The notes under the pieces: model-generated
What the model saw: only the letters and a program-made list of their open reading frames with translations
Databases searched by the model: none
Told to the model about the DNA's origin: nothing
Part shown: piece by piece, positions 36,306 through 47,674 of the stretch
Layout: every line of letters starts with the position of its first letter
Position numbering within the stretch: position 1 is the first letter of the stretch
IMG/VR virus record: IMGVR_UViG_3300028558_000791
Location: 62,001 to 126,000 of that record
Reading direction: 5' to 3' (one strand)
DNA length: 64,000 nt
Translations under genes and position numbers: made by a program

Positions 36306-37553
36306 ATGACTCGCTATAAAATGGTTGCCAGGGATTTCAACTCTAATCCCACACAATATCGTACTTGGGTAGTTCAGGACCAACCTGATTTTGATGGCTA
36401 TTACTATGCTGGCTATAAATCAGGACCAAATGACTTTACCGAGGTTAGTGCTTATGCCATCAATGATGGGTACGCTATCGTAGACTTCAATCTACCAGAC
36501 CCTACTTCATGGGTAGCTACTACTGATCATTTGGGTTGGGACTATCCAATTCGTAAGGTTATGCCATTCCCCGTAGAAGATGCTGCCCTAGCAGTTCTCG
36601 ACGGTTACATCTATACATTCGGGGGCAAAATTACCGATAAGATTTTCCGTGCTTCAGTAGAGAATCCTGCTGACTGGTTTGATACTGGCGCTAGATTACC
36701 TAATACTCTATATGGTGCAGCTATGGCAATTGTCGATGGCTACATCTATCTATTTGGCGGAAACACTGGAACTAATTTTGGACTTGGAACGGTAGATAAT
36801 ATCTACTCCGCCCCAGTTAGTAATCCGCTTTTTTGGACTGATCATGGTCCTGGATTGCTCCCCCGCAAAATAGACTATTCGGGAATCGGTATGGACGGAT
36901 ATAATCTGTACATATTTGGTGGTAGAGAAACTAACATTGCTTCCGATATCATCTTTACGGCCTCAACATCTAATCCATTGGTATGGACTGATACTGGCGC
37001 TAAACTACCTTACAAGGTTTATGGTGCCATATTTGCAGAAGTCAATAATAATTGGATGTTATTTGGAGGGCAGCTTACTCCAGATACCCCAACTAATACC
37101 ATTATCTCTGCGCCAGTTGGTTCTCCACTCGTTTGGCATCTAACTGGTTTATTACCATGGTCATGTTCTTTTGGACAGTTTGTCAATATCGGTGGTGATG
37201 GTTATATCTTTGGACCGATGAGCGGAGTAACAACTACTTTTACTTCTATTTTGAGATGTAATCTGACGGACCCAAATGCTTGGGTAGATACTCAGAGAAT
37301 TATACGTGGCGTCATATCTCATTCACAGTCAGCAATTGTGGCTGATAGGGTATGGTTATTTGGCGGTAGCGGGCTGACTGCTATTTTTGCTTGTAATCAG
37401 GTTTTGAAGTATGTACCTTCATATCCTAAAGCTGCTAACTATGGAAACATAACTCGTACAGTTGTTCCTAATACAGACAACATAAACAGTCCGTACCAGG
37501 CATTATGTATACCGTGGTGGCGAACTGATTATCCATTCCACAATCGACCGTAA
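36306..37553 (+). CDS. Kelch-like beta-propeller protein
   Basis: Repeated (I/L)Y-x-FGG ... W-x-DTGA-x-LP units. Confidence 0.82.
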   Translation: MTRYKMVARDFNSNPTQYRTWVVQDQPDFDGYYYAGYKSGPNDFTEVSAYAINDGYAIVDFNLPDPTSWVATTDHLGWDYPIRKVMPFPVEDAALAVLDGYIYTFGGKITDKIFRASVENPADWFDTGARLPNTLYGAAMAIVDGYIYLFGGNTGTNFGLGTVDNIYSAPVSNPLFWTDHGPGLLPRKIDYSGIGMDGYNLYIFGGRETNIASDIIFTASTSNPLVWTDTGAKLPYKVYGAIFAEVNNNWMLFGGQLTPDTPTNTIISAPVGSPLVWHLTGLLPWSCSFGQFVNIGGDGYIFGPMSGVTTTFTSILRCNLTDPNAWVDTQRIIRGVISHSQSAIVADRVWLFGGSGLTAIFACNQVLKYVPSYPKAANYGNITRTVVPNTDNINSPYQALCIPWWRTDYPFHNRP

Positions 37554-37572
37554 TTTAATAAATACGGCGGGC

Positions 37573-37600
37573 TTGACTGCCCGCTTACAATGATTAGGTT
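37573..37600 (+). promoter_or_regulatory. Sigma70-like promoter
   Basis: TTGACT-N16-TAGGTT. Confidence 0.6.
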
Positions 37601-37607
37601 TTGCAGT

Positions 37608-38111
37608 ATGAAAGACCACGACTCAGCGGAAGCCCGAGAAGAAAGGGCTACGCAAGAAGACCCTATTGTTATGTACTTAATTGTTCATGAGTCATTGAAC
37701 ATGAGTATTGGTAAGACGGCTGCCCAAGCGGCACATGCGTCCCAAATGCTTACTCTTAAGTACTTTGAAATGAAGGAGCTATCTGCTTCTATTCAAAGAC
37801 AGATGCAACCTTTACTAAATGCTCCGCCTGAAGGGGATCATATGGAAAGATTAAAGACGGCTTATGCTTCAATGGCTAAACCAATTTCTATTATGGGTGA
37901 GTGGTTGAATTCTTCTTTCCGTAAAGTAGTTCTCAGGGCCTCTGACAAAGAGTGGGCTAAACTCAAGGAAGAGTTTAAGGATTCTATGGTAATGGTTGTA
38001 GATGCTGGTCTAACGGAGATTGCATCTGGTAGTGAGACGGTTATTGGTCTATGGCCAGTTCGTAAGAGTCAAGTTTCTAAAACTGTAAAACGTTTGCAGG
38101 TATTAAAATGA
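37608..38111 (+). CDS. pth2: Peptidyl-tRNA hydrolase, Pth2 type
   Basis: MSIGKTAAQAAHAS, RKVVLRA, VVDAGLTEIASGSETVIGLWP. Confidence 0.9.
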   Translation: MKDHDSAEAREERATQEDPIVMYLIVHESLNMSIGKTAAQAAHASQMLTLKYFEMKELSASIQRQMQPLLNAPPEGDHMERLKTAYASMAKPISIMGEWLNSSFRKVVLRASDKEWAKLKEEFKDSMVMVVDAGLTEIASGSETVIGLWPVRKSQVSKTVKRLQVLK

Positions 38112-38683
38112 GACCAGTTCAAAAAATTACCATCAACAAAGATTCTGATTTCTGGAAGTCAATTCAAAAATCTGCCGAATTAGATGCAGAAGAAGCTGCC
38201 ACAAAAGCCGCAGCCCGAGCCAGAAAAGAAACATTAGAACGAGCTGAGAAGCTCGCTGCTGAAAAGCAAGCCTACTTGGATTCCATTCGTCACTATGACA
38301 AATTAGAATTCAAGAATGAAAAGATACGAGAACAAATTCAAGAGTGTATTGCTCTTCGTGCTGATTACAGTAAATTATCAAGTGATCAATGGCAAAAACA
38401 AGAAGAGCTTCGTAAAAAATTACAGGCTCAGTGCTCTCATGATATGGTCATTGAAATGAGAACTTCCTATCGTGATGATTACGATAGTTGGCATGATGGT
38501 CATTACGAACGTAAGTGTATAGAATGTTTCTTAGTAGAGCAAAGCGATAGTCTGCCTGGTCAGCGTGGTTATGATTTCTCTAGAGATAAGTACAAAAAAT
38601 TAGAGAAGTCGCAAGTTGTTTTATTGCGTAAAACGGTTGATGGTAAAGAATACGAATTGGAGTTTGAAGATCTCAAATGGTAG
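38108..38683 (+). CDS. Hypothetical protein (coiled coil plus CxH...CxxC)
   Basis: 191-aa coupled ORF. Confidence 0.75.
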   Translation: MRPVQKITINKDSDFWKSIQKSAELDAEEAATKAAARARKETLERAEKLAAEKQAYLDSIRHYDKLEFKNEKIREQIQECIALRADYSKLSSDQWQKQEELRKKLQAQCSHDMVIEMRTSYRDDYDSWHDGHYERKCIECFLVEQSDSLPGQRGYDFSRDKYKKLEKSQVVLLRKTVDGKEYELEFEDLKW

Positions 38684-39054
38684 GATTAGTGGTCAAGAAT
38701 ACTCAAAGCCGCGGGCTAGGTGTTTTTGCCACTGAACGTATCGAGAAGGGCGACCTAATCGAATGTTGTAGGGTTATCATTGTACCCCGCGCAGAAATCA
38801 TGATTGGTAACACTAGTTCTGTCATGAGGCATTATGTTGTTGATTGGGATAACAAACTAGCTATCCCAACCGGCTATGGCTGCTATTACAATCATTCTTA
38901 TCAGCCCAATGCCATTCATCACAAGCACCTCGATTTGAACGAGATTCATTTTCATGCCTTGGTAGATATCCTACCGTTTGAAGAAATCACGTTTAATTAT
39001 GGCGGGTATCCGACCTGTAATGAACCTCTATGGTTCGAAGTCAAGCAGTCATGA
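38677..39054 (+). CDS. SET-domain lysine methyltransferase
   Basis: RGLGVFATERIEKG, YYNHSYQPNA, ALVDILPFEEITFNYG. Confidence 0.88.
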   Translation: MVGLVVKNTQSRGLGVFATERIEKGDLIECCRVIIVPRAEIMIGNTSSVMRHYVVDWDNKLAIPTGYGCYYNHSYQPNAIHHKHLDLNEIHFHALVDILPFEEITFNYGGYPTCNEPLWFEVKQS

Positions 39055-39704
39055 AACAACCCTTCATTATCAAAGAAGTACGACCTCGCATTTTTCTATT
39101 TGAGTTCAGTAATCATTACGATATGTGTATGCATTTCTTGCGCTATCAAGAATTCTACGAATCACCTTCTCCTAAGTTTAGGGGTAAGAGTTTTCGTATT
39201 CTAGATTTCATGAAGTGGTACACTTTCAAATATGGAAACGGTTCTTTCACTTATCCAAATGATTGGAATGGGTTTAATATACCTGGTGATACTATTAACA
39301 AAGTTTGTCAATTGGGCCTGCCCGATCAAAATCCCTATGATAAAGAGATGTTGTTGGCCTGGAACAAATGCAATAGTAAAGCTAATGGAGAGCCATTTTA
39401 CATTATCGGGGTAGTCCGTGGTAACAAAGCCTTGAACCATGAGATTGCTCACGGGTTATTCTACCTAAATAAGGAATACAAAAAAGAAACTGTGAGGCTG
39501 GTTAAAGAACTGCCGACCTCTATTAGAAAAACCATCAATGATGGTTTAAAGAAGCTTGGATATACTCCAAAGGTCTACGTTGACGAAACGCAAGCCTATA
39601 TGTCTACTGGTTTGTCAGAGGCTTTTGGTAAGGTAGATCAATGGAAAGGTGAGCGTGCCGATTTTGAGGCGTGCTTTAAAAAGTTTTCAAGGAAAGTAAA
39701 ATGA
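39051..39704 (+). CDS. Hypothetical protein with HExxH (possible zincin)
   Basis: LNHEIAHGLFY ... DETQAY. Confidence 0.65.
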   Translation: MKQPFIIKEVRPRIFLFEFSNHYDMCMHFLRYQEFYESPSPKFRGKSFRILDFMKWYTFKYGNGSFTYPNDWNGFNIPGDTINKVCQLGLPDQNPYDKEMLLAWNKCNSKANGEPFYIIGVVRGNKALNHEIAHGLFYLNKEYKKETVRLVKELPTSIRKTINDGLKKLGYTPKVYVDETQAYMSTGLSEAFGKVDQWKGERADFEACFKKFSRKVK

Positions 39705-40594
39705 GTAACGATAGCCTTGGCGATAGGATGAAGTCCTATGAAGATGTTTTTAGACTTCATTTGCCGATTAGAATGCCGGTCATCATGCGTATTGACGGCA
39801 AAGCGTTTCATTCTTATGTAAAAGGTAAGGGTGTAGATGGAAAAGAAGTCGATAAGCCTTTTGATAAGGGACTGTTTGATTGTATGAACGATACTGCCAT
39901 TGCACTTTGTAAAGAAGTGCAAGGTTGTCGTTTGGCTTATGTCCAATCTGACGAGATTTCTCTTCTGTTAACTAACTACAGCACAGTAGATACTCAATCC
40001 TGGTTTGATAACAACCTTCTAAAAATGGTTAGCATCTCTGCATCTGTAGCTTCTGTTACTTTTACCGAGAACTCTTACAAGATTTGGGGAATAGATTACT
40101 CCAACGAGGATCCTTTCTATCTCACCAAGCCAGCTCATTTTGATAGTCGAGCTTTTGTAATGCCAAAGGAAGATGTAACAAACTATTTCTTGTGGCGTCA
40201 GCAGGATGCTACTCGAAACTCTGTGCAGATGCTGGCTCGTTCCCTGTATTCCCACAAGGAATTGGAAAACAAGAACAACTCAGAGCTTCAAGAGATGTGT
40301 TTCCAAAAAGGTGCCAACTGGAATGACGTTCCTACTGCTCAGAAACGTGGTCGTTGTATTGTTAAAAAGGTTACTCAACATACCGCCTTCAACCCTAAGA
40401 CAAAAGAATATGTCAAATCTGAGCGTAGTGCCTGGGTAGTTGATGACGAAATCCCTATTTTCTCTGTGGATAGAGAGTACGTTGATCGATTTGTTTACCC
40501 TGAAAGAGAGAATGATTATGTCCCAGGAAAAGGTAGAGTGTATAACGTCTCTTATGGACATCCCGGTATTAGGACTTTAGGTGAAGGCGACTAA
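39701..40594 (+). CDS. thg1: Thg1-like 3'-5' nucleotidyltransferase (tRNA-His guanylyltransferase family)
   Basis: GDRMKSYE, MRIDGKAFH, YVQSDEISL, FDSRAF, YFLWRQQDATRNS. Confidence 0.93.
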   Translation: MSNDSLGDRMKSYEDVFRLHLPIRMPVIMRIDGKAFHSYVKGKGVDGKEVDKPFDKGLFDCMNDTAIALCKEVQGCRLAYVQSDEISLLLTNYSTVDTQSWFDNNLLKMVSISASVASVTFTENSYKIWGIDYSNEDPFYLTKPAHFDSRAFVMPKEDVTNYFLWRQQDATRNSVQMLARSLYSHKELENKNNSELQEMCFQKGANWNDVPTAQKRGRCIVKKVTQHTAFNPKTKEYVKSERSAWVVDDEIPIFSVDREYVDRFVYPERENDYVPGKGRVYNVSYGHPGIRTLGEGD

Positions 40595-40922
40595 GGCTCA
40601 AGTCCGAAAAGAGCGCAAACGGAAACGCCATCAGCAGAAAAAGATTAACACCAAACTCAAAAAGAGATTATTTGGTCATCTGTTCATGGCGCCTTGCTGC
40701 TACTGTAGGCAAGTCTTTTTGTTTACAGAGCTAACGGTGGAACATATCACTCCACTTTGTCTAGGCGGGACAAACGAGCCAAGCAATATTGCATTGGCTT
40801 GCGGGCCGTGCAATCATGAGCGTGGGCGTGAAGCCTGGACTCATAAGCAACAAATCAATAAGAAAACCTATGAACAATATCACACGCAGCATCGAAGCAA
40901 AAATTGGGAAAGGGCTGTATAA
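40581..40922 (+). CDS. HNH endonuclease
   Basis: CCYC...TVEHITP...NIALACGPCN. Confidence 0.8.
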   Translation: MKATKAQVRKERKRKRHQQKKINTKLKKRLFGHLFMAPCCYCRQVFLFTELTVEHITPLCLGGTNEPSNIALACGPCNHERGREAWTHKQQINKKTYEQYHTQHRSKNWERAV

Positions 40923-41937
40923 AAAGTCTGACCATCCCCTATCTACTGTTAAAGATATGGTGTTCGAATATTTCGATGACCTTGCTCGCATCGAAATTGA
41001 TAATCCCTATGTTCCTATTGAATACAACTTCGATAGACTACGTGTCCCTACTGATCATCCATCTAGGCGTATGACCGATACCTTCTACAAGGATGAGAAG
41101 ACTTGCCTTCGTACCCATATGACTTGCTATCTTTATCCACTGGGTAAGTCAGAGACTGGGCATAGCAAGCTCAAGTACATTACCTGTGGCGATGTGTATA
41201 GAAAAGATGCTATTGATTCATCTCACTATCCCGTCTTTCATCAAATGGATGCCTTCTGTATGGTACCGGATGGAGTGGATGTCAAGAAAGATTTAAGAGA
41301 TCGTCTTAGTGGTTTGGTAAAACACCTATTCGGAAACAATGTTGATCATCAATTCTTAGAAGATTCTGATTATGAGGAAGTATATTTCCCTTTCACGGTT
41401 GATTCTCTAGAGGTTAGTGTATCTATACCAGATGAAAATGGCAAAATGAGACAGCTAGAGATTCTAGGGGCGGGAACTGTACACCCAGATATCATGAGCG
41501 ATCTTGGTTTACCGGGCAAAAAGGCTTGGGCATTCGGTGTTGGTTTGGAAAGACTAGCTATGGTGATGTTTGGTATCCCTGATATCAGGCTATTCTGGAG
41601 TACCGATAAGAGATTCGTTGACCAATTCACTCAAGGTAAGGTAACGAAGTTCAAGCCGTTCTCGAAATACGAGTCCTGCTATAAGGACATTTCATTTTAT
41701 ACAAGCCTTAAGTTCTCGTACAATGACCTTTGCTCTATTGCTAGGGATGAGGACGAGTATAACCTGATCGAATCTATTATATTGATTGACGAGTTCCAAA
41801 GCAAAGGGAGAACGTCTCAGTGTTATAGAATTACATACCGATCCATGGACGGTACTTTAAGAAATTCTGATGTGAATAAGATTCAGAAGTCTATTCGCGA
41901 TAGAATCACCAAAGAACTAGAGGTAGAAGTCAGATGA
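40870..41937 (+). CDS. pheS: Phenylalanyl-tRNA synthetase, monomeric mitochondrial type (alpha catalytic core fused to FDX anticodon-binding domain)
   Basis: NFDRLRVPTDHPSR, LRTHMT, GDVYRKDAIDSSHYPVFHQMD, YFPFT, WAFGVGLERLAM, PDIRLFWS, then KDISF...SQCYRITYRSMDGTL. Confidence 0.92.
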   Translation: MNNITRSIEAKIGKGLYKKSDHPLSTVKDMVFEYFDDLARIEIDNPYVPIEYNFDRLRVPTDHPSRRMTDTFYKDEKTCLRTHMTCYLYPLGKSETGHSKLKYITCGDVYRKDAIDSSHYPVFHQMDAFCMVPDGVDVKKDLRDRLSGLVKHLFGNNVDHQFLEDSDYEEVYFPFTVDSLEVSVSIPDENGKMRQLEILGAGTVHPDIMSDLGLPGKKAWAFGVGLERLAMVMFGIPDIRLFWSTDKRFVDQFTQGKVTKFKPFSKYESCYKDISFYTSLKFSYNDLCSIARDEDEYNLIESIILIDEFQSKGRTSQCYRITYRSMDGTLRNSDVNKIQKSIRDRITKELEVEVR

Positions 41938-42401
41938 AAACAGTCTATATCTTATTTGGCGAGATGGGTTGTGGGAAGACTTACTGCGGTTCTCGATATG
42001 CTGAGCGCCACGGATTCAAGTTTTTCGACGGTGATAGTGTAATCACTCCCAGAATGCTAGAGAGGGTATCGAAGTTTAGTTCTATTAGTGAAGATATTCT
42101 GGAAGAGTACATGGATGTTTTAGCGGACTCTATTGCAGACCAAATGGTAAGTAATGATCACCTTGTTGTTTCACAGGCCCTCTATCGAAATAAAGATAGA
42201 GAGTCTTTAAAGCTTTTTCTTGAATGCTTAGGTTATCGGGTTAGGATGTGGTGGGTGCAGGTTCCAATTTGGCGGAACTTCCAAAACTTGCTAACCCGAA
42301 AAAATGGTTGGAAGTGGGCCGCTTATTGGCTTCTCAATAAGGCATTCTTTCAGAAACCCACTCATGACCATCATATATTCTATAACATATATTCAGGGTG
42401 A
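41934..42401 (+). CDS. P-loop kinase (shikimate/gluconate kinase or Pnk-like)
   Basis: GEMGCGKT, FFDGDS. Confidence 0.7.
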   Translation: MKTVYILFGEMGCGKTYCGSRYAERHGFKFFDGDSVITPRMLERVSKFSSISEDILEEYMDVLADSIADQMVSNDHLVVSQALYRNKDRESLKLFLECLGYRVRMWWVQVPIWRNFQNLLTRKNGWKWAAYWLLNKAFFQKPTHDHHIFYNIYSG

Positions 42402-43039
42402 GCGTCATGGAGAACAAGGAAACCTTCCAAGCCAGAATTAGACCGTACTTTAGTCCATCAGATCAGTTGGACGTCAAGCTGGCATATTGCCTAGCCAAGT
42501 TTGGGCATCGAGCCCAGGTTAGGAAAGAGTTGATGGAAGGTAAACCAACCCGTTATTTCGAGCATGTTAGACGAGTGGCCCTTGTTCTAATGGATGAGAT
42601 GAAGATTATCGACCGTGATATGGTCATCACGGCCCTACTTCATGACTCAATAGAGGATACTGTTGACCTGACACCAGAGCTTCTAGAGCACTGCTTTGGT
42701 TCAGATGTCGTTACTATGGTTAAGGTGCTTAGTAAAGTTCCAAAAGAAGGATACATTGAGAGGTTAAACAATTGCCATAACTGGAAAGTGTTAGCAATCA
42801 AGGCTTGCGATAGGTTGGATAACCTTCGTTCCTTGATGATACCAGGAACCAGTTTGGAATTTCAAAAGAAACAAATCAAAGAAACTAAAGAAAAGTATTT
42901 CCCTATATTCGACAAGCTAGTCAGTACTCTATGCCCTCAGGAACATGTTGAAAACGTTACCAAGGTCAGAGACGAAATCAGAAGATTAATTGAGCGATAT
43001 AGTACCATTATCGAACTTCAGGAAGGAAAAACTGCATGA
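42398..43039 (+). CDS. Stand-alone RelA/SpoT-type HD hydrolase (SAH/Mesh1-like)
   Basis: YFEHVRRVA, ALLHDSIEDT, IKACDRLDNLRS. Confidence 0.87.
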   Translation: MSVMENKETFQARIRPYFSPSDQLDVKLAYCLAKFGHRAQVRKELMEGKPTRYFEHVRRVALVLMDEMKIIDRDMVITALLHDSIEDTVDLTPELLEHCFGSDVVTMVKVLSKVPKEGYIERLNNCHNWKVLAIKACDRLDNLRSLMIPGTSLEFQKKQIKETKEKYFPIFDKLVSTLCPQEHVENVTKVRDEIRRLIERYSTIIELQEGKTA

Positions 43040-43629
43040 CTTGTATTGTTGGCTTAGTACACGGTGGTGATGTATACATTGGTGGAGATAGTGCCGGTAT
43101 AGCTGGCCTCTCTGTTTCAATTAGGGCAGATGAAAAGGTATTTGGTAATGGTCCATTCATTATGGGGTTTACAACCTCTTTTCGTATGGGTCAATTACTG
43201 AGATATAAGTTTTCACCTCCTGCACAAACTGTCCACCAGGACGATATGGAGTATATGGTAACTAGTTTCATTGATGCTGTTCGCCAGTGTTTCGCTGGTA
43301 ACGGTTTCGGGGATAAGGATGCCTCTGTCGGAGGTAATTTTCTCGTAGGATACAAGGGCAAGTTATACAACATTGAATCCGATCACCAAGTAGGTGTTCC
43401 TAAGCTAGCATACGATGCAGTTGGATGCGGAACCGACCTGGCCCTTGGCGCTATGTTTGCCACCGAAGGATTGAGCCCAGAGCAAAGAATCAATGCAGCC
43501 TTGTCTGCTGCCAGCAATTTCAGTGCTGGAGTTGCTCCTCCATTCACCATTCTCAGACTCGAAGGCGATGCTAAGACTGTAAAAGCTAAGCCAAAACCAA
43601 AGAGAAAAGTTAAAAGAGCCACAAAGTAA
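43036..43629 (+). CDS. Ntn-hydrolase, HslV/proteasome-beta-like peptidase
   Basis: Thr after Met1 (MTCIVG), GGDSA, KVF, AVGCGTDLALGAM. Confidence 0.72.
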   Translation: MTCIVGLVHGGDVYIGGDSAGIAGLSVSIRADEKVFGNGPFIMGFTTSFRMGQLLRYKFSPPAQTVHQDDMEYMVTSFIDAVRQCFAGNGFGDKDASVGGNFLVGYKGKLYNIESDHQVGVPKLAYDAVGCGTDLALGAMFATEGLSPEQRINAALSAASNFSAGVAPPFTILRLEGDAKTVKAKPKPKRKVKRATK

Positions 43630-43644
43630 TAAATTGTCGCGCCC

Positions 43645-43672
43645 TTGACATGCCACGCTCAAGCCTTACGTT
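43645..43672 (+). promoter_or_regulatory. Sigma70-like promoter for ligA
   Basis: TTGACA-N16-TACGTT. Confidence 0.6.
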
Positions 43673-43742
43673 GTGGGGAGGCCGACGGGAGTGGTGTGTC
43701 CTGGGCGTGCCTTTTTAACTAGAGCGCACTTACCCAACCTAA

Positions 43743-45628
<1,886 letters not shown>

Positions 45629-45629
<1 letters not shown>

Positions 45630-45973
45630 TGGATTTTATCAATAGCGACAGGACGCTCAAAGTTGGCGATCTAGTCTTTTCTAATTATCATAAAGGCGAT
45701 TTACTATTTAAGGTAACTAAAATCGAACGAAGGTTTCTTGTTAAAGATGATCTTCGTTATGGTGCTTATAAAGATGGTAAGGTTGGGGACGAATATGATC
45801 CTCTAACTACCATTGAATCGGTTGCCAATTTAGGATTTAGAGTAGATAGAAGTAAGAAGTTTCGTAAGACTACTAAAGTTTTAGATGCCTCTTATCTAGT
45901 CAAAGCTAATCCAGATTTGGTAAATGAACAAATCAAAGTACTTCAAACTATTCTTTTGGATTTTTGGCCATGA
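45629..45973 (+). CDS. Hypothetical protein (SH3/KOW-like start)
   Basis: LKVGDLV; coupled to ligA. Confidence 0.7.
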
Positions 45974-46296
45974 ATTATATTAAGTTTCCAATCTATACAA
46001 AGTTTATGTTTTACCACCCATATGGTGGTGAAGGTAAGTCATATAACTTCTCTTCTAAGCTAGATAAGATTGGTTCTGAGTGGGATGTTTCGATTAAGAA
46101 CGGAACTGGTATTGAGATTGTCTCTGATATCGATCCGGTAACACTTGACCACCCTAAATATGGAATCATCTCACTTGTCAAGATTAAAGCTGATGTATCT
46201 ACTGATTATCATACTATAATCAAAGAATTTTGGGTTCCGGTTGATTGCATTATTGAGACATCAAAGCATGAGAGACAAATACCTGTGGTTCACTGA
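45970..46296 (+). CDS. Hypothetical protein
   Basis: Coupled ORF. Confidence 0.6.
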   Translation: MNYIKFPIYTKFMFYHPYGGEGKSYNFSSKLDKIGSEWDVSIKNGTGIEIVSDIDPVTLDHPKYGIISLVKIKADVSTDYHTIIKEFWVPVDCIIETSKHERQIPVVH

Positions 46297-47074
46297 TACC
46301 CATTTGGATAAAGTTGGCCCCTTCAGGATGTTTAAATTCATTCGACATCTCCTTAAAGAGAATCCGAAAGGCATCTTTCTTACCGGAGACATATCAAATG
46401 GTTGGGCGACGGCCTGGCATTTGCGCTTGATTGCCACTTTTGTTAAGTGTCCAATCTACTTTGTGCTCGGAAATCATGATTATCACTTCTCTTCCGTTGA
46501 TAAAACTCATAAAAAGATAAGAGAACTATGTAAAGAGTTCCCCAATCTTATATGGATGACAGATGCGGGCGTAGTTCATCTCAGTGATGAGGTCTGTCTT
46601 ATCGGCACAGAGGGGTGGTATGACGCTGATAATGGCAAACCAAAGTATCTTCAGTTCACTTTAGACTGGATGTTGACGGAAGATTTCCGAAAACTTCCTG
46701 ATATGGAAGCTAGAATTGAGCATTGGCGACAGATAGCAGACCAAAGCGCTCACGATATTGTGGATAAATTAGAAAAAGCTATTGAACAAGGATACAAAAC
46801 CATCTATATCTTGACACACTTCCCTCCTTGGAGGGAGGCGACTCGTGATGTTGGCACCTTTATGGAACAGTTTTGGCTCCCATACAATGTTAATTTGCGT
46901 TTAGGTAAAGCAATTAAGCATGCTATGCAGGAACATAAGAAGAAACATGTTACTGTATTGGCTGGTCATACTCATACAGACTGCTGGATTCATGTAACTC
47001 GCAACGTAGATTGCAAAGTTAGTAAGGCGAAATACTATGGAGAACTCCGAAACGAAGAGCACATCTTTATCTGA
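46268..47074 (+). CDS. Calcineurin-like metallophosphoesterase, copy 1
   Basis: TDTHL, TGDIS, LGNHDY, THFPP, AGHTH. Confidence 0.88.
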   Translation: MRDKYLWFTDTHLDKVGPFRMFKFIRHLLKENPKGIFLTGDISNGWATAWHLRLIATFVKCPIYFVLGNHDYHFSSVDKTHKKIRELCKEFPNLIWMTDAGVVHLSDEVCLIGTEGWYDADNGKPKYLQFTLDWMLTEDFRKLPDMEARIEHWRQIADQSAHDIVDKLEKAIEQGYKTIYILTHFPPWREATRDVGTFMEQFWLPYNVNLRLGKAIKHAMQEHKKKHVTVLAGHTHTDCWIHVTRNVDCKVSKAKYYGELRNEEHIFI

Positions 47075-47267
47075 AGGCGATTGTGACTGTAATATGCCAG
47101 ATTGCTTAGTATGTTTCTTGCGATATGTAAAAGATGTCGAAGATGCAGGTTATGCGGACAAAGAATTGTATTGGGAAGGAATTGAATTAGAATCTCGATT
47201 GGCTGTAGAGGAGCATGCAGAGAAAAACATTCCTGATGAAATCTATAACTTGAAAGATTCTTGGTAA
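47037..47267 (+). CDS. Hypothetical protein (start uncertain)
   Basis: CDCNMPDCLVC; ends IYNLKDSW. Confidence 0.5.
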   Translation: MENSETKSTSLSEGDCDCNMPDCLVCFLRYVKDVEDAGYADKELYWEGIELESRLAVEEHAEKNIPDEIYNLKDSW

Positions 47268-47674
47268 TGGATTACGAAGATTTATTTGATAATGGAATAG
47301 ATGGAGAACCATTCGATGGTCCAGGCGATGATTGCTATGAAGAATATTATCGAGAGTCCTTTGACGTTGTCAATGCAAACGGATTAGAGATTCAAGGTTG
47401 GCCAACATACGGTAACTATACAATCATTACCAGCCTATTCCATGTTTATTATTGGCCTGGCGCTAATATATTAGAAATCCACAGCAAAGATCCTAATGCT
47501 AGTTGTGCCGGACCCAACGATCGTTTACTGTTAACGCTTAAAAATCACGATCTATATTTCTTTGGTGAGAAAACATCATTGGATGATGATGGTAAATGGA
47601 ATGTAGATTGGTATACTGGCGAGCAGATCGATCAAAAGATTCAACGGTATCTTAATCTGAAGGCGTTTTTATGA
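47261..47674 (+). CDS. Hypothetical protein with C-terminal NLKAFL
   Basis: 137-aa ORF ending IQRYLNLKAFL. Confidence 0.75.
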   Translation: MVMDYEDLFDNGIDGEPFDGPGDDCYEEYYRESFDVVNANGLEIQGWPTYGNYTIITSLFHVYYWPGANILEIHSKDPNASCAGPNDRLLLTLKNHDLYFFGEKTSLDDDGKWNVDWYTGEQIDQKIQRYLNLKAFL

